The translations under genes and the position numbers were made by a program. Below are positions 39,134 through 52,775 of a DNA stretch of 64,000 bases, piece by piece. The stretch lies in NCBI GenBank assembly GCA_021613535.1, contig CP075492.1, positions 18,290,001-18,354,000 on the forward strand. Direction: 5' to 3'. Source of the DNA: Adineta vaga (taxonomy: Eukaryota; Animalia; Rotifera). Below the pieces are notes generated by a model that worked only from the letters and a program-made list of their open reading frames with translations, was not told the DNA's origin and did not search any database. Each line of letters opens with the position of its first letter. Positions within the stretch are counted from its first letter, which is position 1.

Positions 39134-40163
39134 CTTCTTATTTCCATTATAAACTCTTCGGTTTTTTTCTTCTAATTTTTTTAAAACTAATAAAACAAAA
39201 TTGATTTCATATTTGAAATTTTAGATATCTTGAGATGGGTGAGAGATTGTCGATATTCAGAGATAATAATATTCTATATATTTTTAAATACTTCATTTAA
39301 TGATGAATTATTGAACCGTTTTATTACATATGTCCAAAAATTGGTTCTTGATGTATACAGTCATTATCTGAAACAAAGATATTATCCGATCAATAAGTCA
39401 ATACAATTGACTTGATATATACAATAATAGTGTAAAGGAATGTATAAATACGTAGGTTATCTTAGAGTAGGATTCGAGTTTTTCTTGAATGGATTCGCCT
39501 GATGATCGGACCAAATGGGACCAACATCGGACCAAGATGCAGTTCGACGAGCTGAGGGTGGGTGTGGGTGTGGGTGAGGGTGTGGAAGATTGTATCCTTT
39601 AACGTTGTAAATCCACACCCACACCCTCAAATGCATTACTACATGAGATCGACAATAATAAACAAATTAGGTGAAAATACTGATTTAATATATAGCAACA
39701 TCGCCCGTAGTTGACAGGAAGAAACAATTAAAGTGCAATTTTCAGAGGAAAACAATAGGAGAAAATACTAAATCTCTAAGAACTCGTGCGCAACTTTTTA
39801 GAATACTAAAACAAGTGAAAAATAATTGAAAAAAAGTGCCACAGATTCGGAATAAATCCGAAACGTATGGTGACTTTGTCCCCAGATTATATTGATTATA
39901 TTTTGCTATCACTACCGAGTCTCAGAAAAAAATAATTATTTACGGAGTTTATAGAGTTCTTGATCAAGTTTGTTTTTAGGCAACAGATAAAATTACGTAT
40001 ATTTGCGCACTTATATTTTTCGCTGTTGAAATCAATACCTTATTTATGATTGATTTTTTTCTCATGTTCTCATCACAACTTCGTATCTTTATATTAACGA
40101 CTGCAGAAGCGCCTATATACATATATAAGGTTCGACTCAAGAGTTATACAAAACACTTCTACG

Positions 40164-40802
40164 ATGCAACATCAAACAGTCTTTACGATTACTTTCATTG
40201 GAATCTTAGTCTATATTTCATATTGTAATGGAGATACATGTAGCTGTAGATGTTGTTCTGTCAATGGGTGTACACCTATCCTACAAGGTACTATTTTCCT
40301 TTCACCCTGCAGTCTATTGGATTGTCAATCGGCATGTACAAGAGAATATCCAACACAGTGTAAGCATTTAGTAGGTTCTTTAAGTTTTGGATGTTCGAGC
40401 GATATTAGGTCAACGTCTAATTGGCTTGGTATTTTTGCCACATCACATGAATGTGATACAAGATCTTGTTGTTGTCCTATTGGAAACCTCATTATCTCAC
40501 GTGCAAATGCGAATAATATACGTATTCGAGGTCAGTTTGGTGGTCGATGTTATTCACAAATGCCACCGCTTGATCTAACTATCGCGGAACCTTCTGTTTA
40601 CACTGTTCAAGGTTTTTACTTAGACCAATCTATTCAAGTTACACTCCGTCAAGACAGTCGTTCAATACAAATTGACAATCCTGCATTTCCTTCATGTAGT
40701 GAAACCGCTAAAAGAAGTGGATCTGCATCAACAGTCACTGTCCACCTGTCATTCATTTCTTTACTACTTGGATCAATCAACTTTAAGCTATTCATTATAT
40801 AA
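40164..40802 (+). CDS. Secreted Cys-rich protein, probable GPI anchor, intronless
   Basis: N-terminal signal, CSCRCC...C and CCC motifs, small-residue site followed by a hydrophobic C-terminus; TATA-like run upstream. Confidence 0.75.
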   Translation: MQHQTVFTITFIGILVYISYCNGDTCSCRCCSVNGCTPILQGTIFLSPCSLLDCQSACTREYPTQCKHLVGSLSFGCSSDIRSTSNWLGIFATSHECDTRSCCCPIGNLIISRANANNIRIRGQFGGRCYSQMPPLDLTIAEPSVYTVQGFYLDQSIQVTLRQDSRSIQIDNPAFPSCSETAKRSGSASTVTVHLSFISLLLGSINFKLFII

Positions 40803-41630
40803 CAAATTTTTAACTTTTTTTTTTCAACAAATAATATTTTCGCAAAACAACCAAAATCATTGTCCATCTTTATCAGATGTCATTCTTCATCAATTGAATT
40901 CACAAACATTGTATATAAAACTGCATCGACATGACAAAGAATTTCTTACAAATTCTCGATTAACAAAATCAATTTCATATAGTCACGTCTGAAGCAGAAT
41001 ATTGAGATTAATTATTAAATGGAAAACTTTCACATGGAATTAGCAGATTAGTTTTTTTCATATTTTATATGAATAAATAAACATTCGAAAGGAGTGTCTG
41101 AAATAAGAACTCAACACAAACTAAGATATTAAAAATAGAAAAAATTAGCATGACAAATGTTTTGATACTATTTTCATAATAGAATTTTCGATAAAGTCAA
41201 AAATAACGTTCGTCTAAGTAACTTGTGTGACCCCTTCGCTAATTATTGTGGCATTGTTATGTCTTCTAAACCTCTCATACAAATATATTTAAAAAATGTA
41301 CTGAAACATTTAGATTTTCTATCTGAATAGAATCGAAATTCAGTTTGTGATAGATATCTTCATACCCATCGCGATCCTCATGTGCTGGTCAAAGATCGTG
41401 ATAGAGAGACCATGCGCCATATAATACATCGTAGTTTACACCCACACCCTCAAGATATAAACTTCTAAAGTGTACACAACAAAGCAGAGCATATAGTATT
41501 GATGTATTCTATTAAAATGAATGGATCAGCCTATTCCACTTACTCATTTCTTTGCTTACATCCTTATTCGTATTTTTTTTGTCTCTGTTGTTTACACGTT
41601 ATTGATTGGTTGGATTGGGACTGCTGTTAC

Positions 41631-42511
41631 TTATTGTGTTGATTTTATATGAAGAATATTGTTCATTTTTTTCCAAACTACCGGCAAGCATCCAAGACTT
41701 ACAAATGGTAAAAACATAATCACATGATTAGTAAAATACGATAGAATACCAAATCCTGGATCATTCAACATTAATCCTAATAAATTCAATGACGTAATAA
41801 AAAATAGTGGAAAATTGACGGACAGATACAACGTTGAAATGCTTAGTAATTGAATGGCCATTTTACGATGCTTTTTACATGTAATTGATTGATGAACGGC
41901 TCGTTTATGACATATGACACGAATCAGTAATGTGATGTTGAACAATGCGATTAACATGATAGGTACAATACCATGTAAGTAAAGTTCATAATAGGATAAA
42001 ATCATATTGTCATGATAACATCCAGAAACTCCACAGATAGCCCAAGTAAAATCCAATTCATTCTCGCATGGATATATAAATAAGACATCGGTATATAATG
42101 AAGAATAATCTTCTTCGAACGAGTATTCGTTCACTGGTGATGAAAGACAAGAATATGTCTTTCAAATGAACCCCATGCTAATAAAACTGTAACTGTATTA
42201 TATACTCCAAAATCGACAAATAGCCAGATGAAACAAAACACAGGTGACTGTGGCCAAACTATACGATTTAAACGATAATATGTGATTGAACTTCCTATAT
42301 CGATCAAAGTGTAAATGAGGCCAAGAATGAAAACGATGACAACAATATGATTATTGATCGCTTGATGAAGAGATCGTATGGCAAGAAGATGAATGAGTAG
42401 AAAGAGAGAACAAACAACAGACAGTACGATAAAAACAGCATGAAGCCACAACCAAAGAACAGGTGACGAACGTGTGTCTTTGTATTCGGAGCTATTGACA
42501 GATCGATTCAT
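41631..42511 (-). pseudogene. Rhodopsin-like GPCR pseudogene
   Basis: TM1-3 ending LAWGSFERHILVFH; TGA at 42131-42133 in a probable Trp position; HYIP joined out of frame to VLFIYPCEN (TM4 missing); TM5-7 follow. Confidence 0.8.
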
Positions 42512-43792
42512 TGTTTTACTACAAATCTATTTGTCTCGAGCGAAACTATCAATAAGTGAGCAAGTTATCTTGTTCGTGTATACGCAACAGACTGAAATAA
42601 TTCTCTCTTCTATATATAACTGTGTTTCTATTTCTTATTTTTTTAAATATCTTTCTTATTCTCTTTCTCTGATACGGCAAAAAAGTTCAACTATACGAAT
42701 AAATTTCCATAAAACTTGATTGAGGAGCAATCGGGATCGAAGAATTTAGTGTTAGCATTATAGATTTTTTTATTGTGTTTTGTTTTTTGAGACAAAGAAC
42801 TACTAGTTTACACAATTCATTGTGTCGGTAAAACTATCATTATATTTTCAGTTAATATAACAACAACTCCAGACAAAGAAACTAAAAAAGTTATGAGTGT
42901 CTTTCATAAAGTTGTTTTAGAAAATAGAAATATTGATTGATTTATGATGAAATGCAAAGAAAGTAATCCTGTCCTCAAAAAAGTTGAATGAATTGCTTCT
43001 GCGATATGCGGATTTCTTTTTGAACGGCTCTTTTCGCTCAGAAATGATGATATTTGAAAAGAGAATTTCTGGCAAATTCAAACCACAATTAAATGTAATG
43101 AGCCATCAACGACGAATTGAACGTCCTAATCAACAGAGTGAGCATAATGGATGATATGCATCATCAAAACCATCAGCACTAATGGCATTGAAAAAGATTA
43201 AAGTAAATAAACATTATGTTTATGATGCATTACTAAATTGTGCAGTAAACTATGAATTATATTTCTTTATTCCATTATAAAAATCACTTTTTCAGTTTCT
43301 CTGGTGTTATTCAGTACTCGAAAACTCAACATAAATAACGCTCGTCGCAAGTGACTCACTTGATTATCGACTGAAATATTACGATAAATGACGAAGATAT
43401 TAAATATGGATTGTTTTGTAAAAAGGATTTGGTTCGATATAAAATACTTAGGGCATATCAAAAGTAATGAGAGTTATCCTGGAATTTCGTATGAAAGGTG
43501 TGGTTGCAGACAAAGTAACACTCACCCACACCCTCTATAAATTAGAATGAAATTTTTAAAATATGTGCATTGAGATTATTTACACGAGAAAGATGACAAT
43601 GACTAATGATAAGAAACGAACTAAAAACACGTTTGTTCTGTATGTAAAAAGTACGAAAGGTCATCCACAATATACATTATCACCTTTCGTTCTTTAACGC
43701 ACTTTTTCTTTCAATTTGTAATAAAGTACGTTCGTTTCACTTGTATAAAAAGACGAAGTGTTTTCTTTTTCTTCATTACCATATTGTTAAAA

Positions 43793-45488
43793 ATGTTATT
43801 GCTACCAATTATTCTACTGTTCATCTTAATTAATCTAACAATTTATTATTTAATTCTATTACAACAACGTTATCGATACTTTCGTCAACGTGGTATTTCT
43901 ACACCACCATTTCGATTTTTCTTTGGCCATATGAAAACATTATGGAATGTTCCAGCATTTCATCGTCAACTTGAAAATTGGTCAAAACAATATGGAAAAA
44001 TCTATGGAATTTATCAAGGAACTACTCCGACGTTTATTGTCAGTGATCCGGATTTTCTTCAAGAAGTATTCGTTAAACAATTCCTTAATTTCCCTGCACG
44101 ACGAGAAGTCTTTTCAGGTAATCGAATTCGAAACGTGTTTTCATCATCGGGTGCGACATGGCGTCGACATCGTCATATAATCAATCCAACATTTTCAGCA
44201 GCTAAATTAAAACTGATGAGTCCACTTATCAATGGATGTATTACAAATGTTATGGATAAATTAGATAATCATGTTAAAAATGGAAAAGATTTCAATATTT
44301 ACACATATTACAAAAGAATGACTATGGATGTTATATGTAAATGTATATCTACGAAATATTTCACTAATAATTCAATATTTTTCAGGTCGATGTGCATTTG
44401 GAATTGATACTGATTTACAAAATAATCCAAATAATATTTATTTCAAGAAAGTAGAAGAAATCTTTGCTAGTAGTATTAGATTAAATCCTTTTGCTAAATT
44501 TTCTCAACTTGTTCCCATACTTGCGAATCTTATTGGAAAAACATTTTTTGGTCTTAATGCTGTACGAGCATTCATTAATATTCATCTTTTATCTTTGATA
44601 TCTAATAAAGAATTACCTGAAGCACCATTTATATGGCTTTTCAATCGATTAAATCCAATTATTGAACAACGGCAACAAACACCAACTTCACGAGTCGATG
44701 TTCTACAATTAATGTTACAAGTAATGACAAATGAAATTGTTCATGTAAGTTTATTTTATTGTCTTTCATGATATTATAACATGTGAATCATGTAGGATAA
44801 TATACAAGATGTTAGTAAAACTAATTATCGATTAACACGAGAAGAAATAATTAGTAATATTATTGTTTTCATGGCAGCAGGATATGAAACAACATCAACA
44901 GCATTAGCTTATGCAACGTATCAACTTGCGAGACATCCAGAAGTTCTTGAAAAACTTCAAGCTGAAATTGATCAACTTCCATTGAGCAACAATGATAATG
45001 ATGATTTACATGATGAAGCTAAAAGATATCCCGATTATGATATAGTTGCACAAATGCCTTATATGGATATGTTTGTTTCTGAAGTCTTAAGAATGCATCC
45101 GATTGCTAATGGTGCTGTTCAAAGACGAACTGTGGAAGATACAATTATTCAAGGCATTTCAATTGAAAAAGGTACTTTGATACATGCAGATATTTATTCA
45201 GTTCATTTTGATCATGAACTTTGGGGACCTGAAGATCCTTATGTATTCTTTCCTGAACGTCATCAAACAAAACGTCATCCAATGGCTTATTTACCATTTG
45301 GAGCAGGACCACGACAATGTATTGGAATGCGATTTGCTTTGATTGAAATGAAGATTTTATTAGTACGATTACTTCGTGAATATTCTATTCTACCTAGTGA
45401 ACAACTCGAGAACAAACTCAATATTCGTGAACGAACTGTCACGGCACCGGAAGAAGTTTGGATTAAACTTGTACCGAGACACATTTGA
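43793..45488 (+). CDS. Cytochrome P450, CYP3 clan-like; 3 exons
   Basis: WRRHR, AAGYETTS (I helix), EVLR, PERH, FGAGPRQCIG heme motif. Confidence 0.95.
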
Positions 45489-45547
45489 AATCGAAATAAA
45501 GTGTAAAAATGATGTTTTTGATCTTTCATAACAAATAGATTTTTAAT

Positions 45548-48113
45548 TCATGTACAGAAATCTTCTTTGAATTTTTGAACAATTGAAATACGAGTTACTT
45601 TTGTAACAGTGACATTTCCATTGCTTTTGTTCATATGTGATGAAATTGATTCAGTACTTTTCTGATGTCGACCTTGATAAGATGATGAGCGTTTGAAATT
45701 CATTGGTATAGTAATCTTACGCCCACTGATTGGATTTGTTCCTGTAAAGGAACGATGATCGTTTGACTTCAATGTTTCTGACATTTCTATTTTATGAAAA
45801 TCTTATATTTTCGATAGTTTTACTACTAAGACTTTACCCGAATGTGTATTTGATCTATTCTTTCCATTTTTGAACAAAGATTTTAATGATTGTTTGTCAT
45901 GAGTAGCACTGAGACTATCATTAGTGTTTGCGACTGGCGGAATGTCAATAAAGCTATGACACGTTGAACTTTCTGTTGAAGCTATTGTTGTTGTTCTACT
46001 CTCAGGTGAAGAACGATCGTGAAGTTCTATAGAAGAAATTCTTGTGGCTTTTGCTGACTGACGAAGATTTTTCAGAGTTGATGATGAAAACTTCTTTGAA
46101 TGATAATTCTTAATGACTAAATATTCATCCGACGATTTCTCATTTTCTCTACGTCGCTGACGGCGTCGACGACCGCCACAACTGAAAAAAAGGATTAAAT
46201 ATTCAAGGTCTTATCTTAACGAACTATACATACAACAACCACCACCAACAGCAACAACACAAAACACATAATGCTAATAAGCCTAAAATAGATCCAATAA
46301 TAGGCCATGGATCGATCGATTTGTTCCCAGTTTTTACTTCAAAATCAAAGAAATATACTAGTATGATCAAACTTATTGTAGAACTTACATGTGGTTAATA
46401 GTGTAATAACAGTAGTTCTGAAAATGCAATTAATGAACATATAACACATTTAAACAAGTTTTAGAACGTACGTTGTCGCGCTTGTCATAGATGTTGTACT
46501 TGTACTCGTTCTAAAAGGACAACATTATTTTCGCTATATTATAAAGACGAGTAATGACAGATGACTCATAAAAAAGCGACTATCTTGAGGATGAGTTTTT
46601 TTTTCTTCACGCACACCCACATCCTCAAATTACAGAAATGAAATCGAGAAAATTTTCCTTACGTTGTAGTGAATGTTGTTGTAATATCATTGGGACCTAA
46701 ATATTAGAAATTCGATAATAAATCGAAGAAATCAATATTTTTATTACACAAAAGAGCAGATCCAGCAGGAAGAACAAAAAATGTGAGACAATATTGATCT
46801 GATGATATATCTGCACTAAAATTATAGTGGAAACAAAACAAAATGCAAAATCCTAATAGAAAAGACTTTTTCAAATACCTATCAGTAGTTAAAGCACAAT
46901 AGACTTGCGATCCCAATTGATCAGCAGTCGGGATCCATGTTTCACCTATTGTCCAGTTATCAGTCATTCCCACTCTTGTTAAACTTCCTTTGTACATATA
47001 CAAAGGTGGATTGGTGTTTACATCGGTCACAGTAGTTCCAGAACATCCAGCAGTAATAGTTAATGTAAAATTAAACTGAACGCCAACTTCGAGAGCTGTA
47101 CATGTTGATAAGGTTGAGCTGATTGTTGGTTTTAATGGGCAGGTTGATGTATTAACAATTTGTATGAGAAATTGTATTGGAACACTACTAAATGGTATTA
47201 ATGAGGCTGCATTGCTAAAATCTTCAACCATCATTGCAGCAGCATAATAATTTCCAACTGTTTTGCCCGAACTGTCAAACGTTAATATGCAATTGGTTGA
47301 ATCTATGGTACCACCTGGTACCGTTTTGCAAACCGAACCACATTCATTAATTGTCGATGAATTTTCACCCCAACGACATCTACAAGATGATAATATAAGA
47401 ATAATTAGTTTGTAAACATTTTAACTAATGCGACGCACCTCAAATAATCACCATCTGCATCAATAATCGGTATTTTAATGTTAGTTATCGTATTAATTGG
47501 TACTTTCACCGCTAAATATAATAATAAAACTGATTCTGGAAAGAGTATATCACATGTTTCTCTACATACGTGAAATGACTGTTGCAACTGGTGGTGTGTT
47601 TATAAATCCATCTGATCGTACTGTCAAATCAAGACAAGATACAATTGACCAACCAGCAGTACTACTAAAACAACCACCAACACATACTGTTGAATACACA
47701 GTTGTCCAAGAAGAATCTTGAAATGCCACACAAAACTTTGCTCCAATTGTGATATCCTGAATCGTTGAAATTTGTCCTGAACTGGAATCACGAACAACAC
47801 TGAAATCAGTGCAATACTCATTTATTGATACTGGCACATAATTGGCACAAGAAGCGCTAATACATGTAAGTGTTTGACCAGAATTTGGTATCTTAGGTGA
47901 TTGATTTATAATTATAGTTTCATTACAATAATCGTATCCATTAGTTTTATAAATTGATCGTTTGAATTGATACGATTGTGTGAACATTACCGAGATCATT
48001 GAACCTGTTGCTGTGTTATTCATTGGTTTCCATGTTATAGTTCCACCATAAAAATGTGATGATTTTGAGACTGAAATGCTCAAAATCAATTGAATAATCA
48101 CTTTAATCAGCAT
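45548..48113 (-). CDS. Single-pass type I membrane protein (SHFxGG-type ectodomain, Thr-rich stalk, Cys-rich juxtamembrane, Ser-rich tail); multi-exon
   Basis: Signal peptide then SHFYGGTITWKP, NTPPV, DADGDYLRC, SSVPIQF; TM PWPIIGSILGLLALCVLCCCCWW followed by a poly-Arg stop-transfer. Confidence 0.75.
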
Positions 48114-48710
48114 AATCCGTGTTTTTTTTTATTAAGAATATCTGCTTTCAACACAAATATATTCACTTCTTTGAGATACAATGTACTATTCAATGTGAAG
48201 CCCTGCATTGTCATTTTTTTAACAAAGAAAAAAGAAATTCAATTATTCTGCTTTACATTGGAAGAACAATACAGGGATTCTTTTTTTTATTAATAATAAT
48301 CTTGTAATGTTCGGTTTTCTTTTCGATACATCTATAAAAAGAATAGTTTTCCCGCGAGGATCCAAGACTTATAGAGCAATATTTATAAAAGATTTTCAAT
48401 AGAAAAAACTACTAACAACATGTTTCAGTATTGCCCCATTGAAATACAGAACTAATAACAATAATTAAAATCATCGTCTCAAGTCTATATGATGAATATC
48501 ATCAGTCACTCGATTAAACCGACACTACACTGATATATTGAGAATGAAACAAACACTTCTTTCTTAAATAGAATGAAAATCCGCTCCAGTTTGGGAAGGC
48601 ACTGATTTGGTTCTGGTAATTTTGTTTCTTTTATTGAAAATTTAGATCCAATCAGTTGTCTAATAAGAAGTCACCGTGCGAAACACGAGTCATTCTTAAT
48701 CGTACAAATC

Positions 48711-50853
48711 TCACATTCTTAATTGATCAAAAACAATACTACAAGTCTGAATGAAAACAAAAGATGTATGCATATTTAATAGAAATCGAAAGAGAATGAA
48801 GATTACCGTGTTGACTAGTGCAGTATCAGTCAAGTTCAGGACTCCTTCCGCACCGATTTTATTGTCATGGAGATCTAGTGTAGCGAGTGTCTAAATAAGA
48901 GAGTGCAATAGACAGGTAAGAAAGTTAAAGACTGATTAAAGATTACCTTGTTGATCCGAAGAGCATCAGCAAAGTTCTGTGCTCCTTGCCGTCCGATTTG
49001 ATTTTCTGAAAGATTTAATGTAGTGAGTGTCTAATACAAGACAACAATGTTATAAATAGGGTAAGAAAGTTAAAGACTAAATATAGATTACCGAGTTGAC
49101 TTGTAGAGCATCAGCCAAGTGTTGTGCTCCTTCGTTTCCAATTGCATTGTAGCGGAGATCAAGAGTGACGAGTGTCTAAAATAGAGGATTTCTATTTGAT
49201 GACTAACAAAGTTGGAGATCGAATGAAGATTACCGAGTTCATTTGCAATGCATCGGCTAAGTGCCGTGCTCCTTGATTTCCAATTCGATTGTAGCGGAGA
49301 TCTAGGGTGACGAGGGTCTAAAATAGAAGATTTCTATAAATGAGTAACAAAACTGAAGATCGAATGAAGATTACCAAGTTCAGTTGCAGAGCATGAGCTA
49401 AGTACTGTGCTCCTTCCTCTTCAATCTCATTGCTACTGAGACCCAGTTCGGTGAGCGTCTAATAGAAAAGAATGCTATAAATTGGGGAAAAGAAGATGAA
49501 AGGTGAATGAATACTACCGCATTGACTCGCAGAGCATAAGCTAAGTGCTGCACTCCTCGGTTTCCAATTTGATTGCACCAAAAATAAAGAGTGGTCAGTG
49601 ACTAAAAAATATAATGCTATGAATGGATATGAAAGTTAAAGACTGGGAACTGATTACCGAATTGATTTGCAGAGCATGAGACAAGTACTGTGCTCCTTGG
49701 TCTCCAGTTTTATTAAACCAAAAATATAGTTTGGTGAGTGTCTATTATAAGAGAGTGCTACGAATAGCTGAAAAGCGGAAAATTGAATAAAGATTACTGA
49801 ATTAAATTGTAGAGCATCGGCCAAATATTGGGCTGCTCGATCTCCAATCTGGCAACCAATGAAAATCAGTTCAGTTAATGTCTGATGCGAGAGAATGCTC
49901 GAGATAGGTAAGAAAGTCGGAGACCGATTAAAAATTACCGTATTGACTCGCAGAGCATCTGCCACGTGTTTTACTCCTTGGTCTCTGATCTGTCGACTAC
50001 TGAGAGTCAGTTGTGCGAGTTTCTAATACAAGAGAATACTTTGAATAGGTGAAAAGATTGAAGATCAAATAAAGATTACCGTATTGACTCGCAGAGCATC
50101 TGCCACATGTTTTACCTCTCGATCTCCAATTTGATCGCTACTAAGACGTAGTTTGGTGAGTGTCTAACCAAGAGAATACTACGAATGGGTAAAGAAGCTA
50201 AAGGCTGAGGAATGATTACCGAGTTGACTTGCAGGGCATCAGTTAAGTGTTGTACTCCTTTCTCTCTGATGTAATTTTCTGAAAGATTTAGTTCGATGAG
50301 TGTCTAACCACGAGAGGACTATGAAGGAGTAAGAGAGCGGGCGATTGAAAGAAGATTACCGTATTGTCTCGAAAAGCTTGAGCCAAATACTGTGCTCCTT
50401 GAACCCGATATCGGTTTTAAAGAGACTTAGTTTTGTCACTGTCTAAAATAAGAGAATACGACGAATGAGTAAAGTAGTTCAGGACTGAGAGATGATTACC
50501 GAGTTGACTCGCAAAACATTGGCCAAGTGCTGTGCTCTTTGATCATCAATTTTATTGTAGCGAAGATCTAGAGTGGTGAGTGCCTAAAATAAGTTTATCA
50601 TGTGGACTTGAAAAGTATTATAGTCTTTAGAGTGAGAGTGTAGCATGAAGCATCGGTTTTCTCTACAGATGAACATCCACACCCTCAATGGTGTAATATA
50701 AATGCATATGTTTACCTGATATCGATCATAAGCATAGAGAATTTGATTGAATCGATGACATACATTATGGATAGAGCAAAAAAGATCGAGTGCTTCCAGA
50801 TGGTCGAGAATGCGGTATACTAATTCGACGGGTAAAGTAATGAATGTAAACAT
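48711..50853 (-). CDS. F-box protein with 13 RI/NLRC3-type LRRs, one 28-aa repeat per exon
   Basis: F-box exon 50716-50853 (LPVELVYRILDHL); phase-0 84-nt exons every ~140 nt from 50500-50583 to 48807-48890 (second exon 83 nt); last exon 48711-48746. Confidence 0.9.
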
Positions 50854-51499
50854 GATTTTTTTCTATTGGTTTCTCATTGAATGTGTTGCTTTTACTTTTA
50901 CTTCTTTTCCTTAGCTATATAGTCATGATGGTGCGTAATGACTCGACGGCAAGAAGACATGTAATCGAAAAGATACCAATCGCAAAAAATAGTAGTTTTT
51001 ATTTTTATAGATAAAGATGGCGTTAGCATATTTAAATTGAAATCGTTTGCTTTTATATCACCGTTATTTATAGGTATCCTATAGATGAAAAATATTTGAT
51101 TGCCACAGAATTCTGGCAGAGATCATAGTGAAAGTTAGGAATGTGCAACAATAATATGAAAATCTTCTTTCATTTATGATTTGATATTATCAAAGAAAAG
51201 GTTTTCCAAGGGCATTTTTATGATAGATTTGAATAAGCGAAGATATTACACGTTTCTTCTTCCTGTCGAAGGCAAAACAGACTTAATAATATTTCAACAA
51301 AATATTCTCTCCACAGCAAATGATAACTCATTGAATATTAACAGTTGTAATTTTTCAAAAAATCAATGTAACGATTGTCATAAAAACTAAAGTGACATCT
51401 ATTCTTTTATTTTGATTATCATTCAAGAAAAAAACGAACCATTGAGCTTTATCTTAATTTATTCTTTTATATAAATGAATTATTTATAATGAGAGGATA

Positions 51500-52521
51500 A
51501 TGGTTGATATTGATTCATTGAAAAACAGTCAAATTAATCAGTAAGATTGTTGTTTTTAAGTAATATTTTTTATTTTATTTATTTTAGAAAACGAGAAAAA
51601 TATAGTCATGAATTATATTGGTGTGATTTAGATAAAAGTAAATTTCTAAGTCTTTTATTTGCAAGTTCTTTCATATCAAGAACATGTTTTCATCCATTTG
51701 GCCTTATTAAAATTCGTTTACAAACGGGAAAAACAGGTGCTATTTCAACATTGCACATCGTCAAACAAGTCTGGCATAATGAAGGATTTTCACGCGGTTT
51801 CTATCGAGGTTTTCCTATTAGTCTTGGTAGTCTTTTGTTTGAACCAATTTTTACAATATCACTTGAACAAACACGAACAATCTTGAAAACTAATCAACCA
51901 AATTATATAACTCATTCCCAATGGAATATTCTTACTAATTTAATATCAAGTGGTTTAGCTACTTTTATTTATCAATCGTTTACAAGTAAATTATATTTTA
52001 TTGAATTTAAATGAGACAATTGATTTATTTTAGCACCGATTGATGTTATAACACAACGAATTATGATAACACGTGCAAGAGATGGTATTCATATGATTGA
52101 TGTTATTCGAGATATTTATTTGAAATCTGGTGATGGAATTCAAGGGTTCTATAAAGGTTATTTTGTATCTCTTACAATGTCTCTTCCATTTAATTCAATT
52201 CTATGGACTTTTTATTGGAAAATTCAATCAAAACTTGAACAAATAATTCCATTCAGATATGATTCGTTTGTTTCACCTCTTTCCGCGTCATCCGCATCTC
52301 TTTTAACTTCTCTTCTAACTCAACCAATTGATGTTATTAAAACACGTCTTCAAGTATCACAAAAACGACAATCAATTCGAAAGACATGTCTTATTTTAAT
52401 ACATGAACGTGGTTTTAAAGGATTTTTCTCAGGAAGTTCACCTCGAATTTGTACAATTGTTCCATATACTATTATTATGATGTCACTCTATGAATTTATT
52501 AAACGAATATCTGTACGATAA
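51500..52521 (+). CDS. Mitochondrial carrier (SLC25A44-like); 3 exons
   Basis: WCDLDKSKF and three carrier signatures PFGLIKIR, PIDVITQR, PIDVIKTR; introns 51541-51587 and 51986-52032. Confidence 0.88.
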
Positions 52522-52775
52522 TATACTCACACCCTTGTTAATGCACAACTGCAGCATCTTGAAGGTGTAGGTGTGGGTGGATGTACATAAGACTATGCTC
52601 TTAATCCCACATCTACCCACCCTTATATATTATGTTCAATGAAAATGTGTAATAGGAGAAGAAAAGTCAACATTCTTACCCTAATCTTTTTAAGTCTATG
52701 ATCTACTGACAAACTTTTATTTGAAATATAAAATTAATCATATTATTTCATAAGTTATATGCTTGAATAATTAGT

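Noticed and set aside
42880-43200. Coding-like sequence between the GPCR pseudogene and the P450
   Set aside because: Interrupted by stops; no family recognisable.
48800-50590. CRISPR-like ~140-bp periodicity
   Set aside because: Units are GT-AG-bounded LRR exons plus introns; no identical repeats or cas genes.
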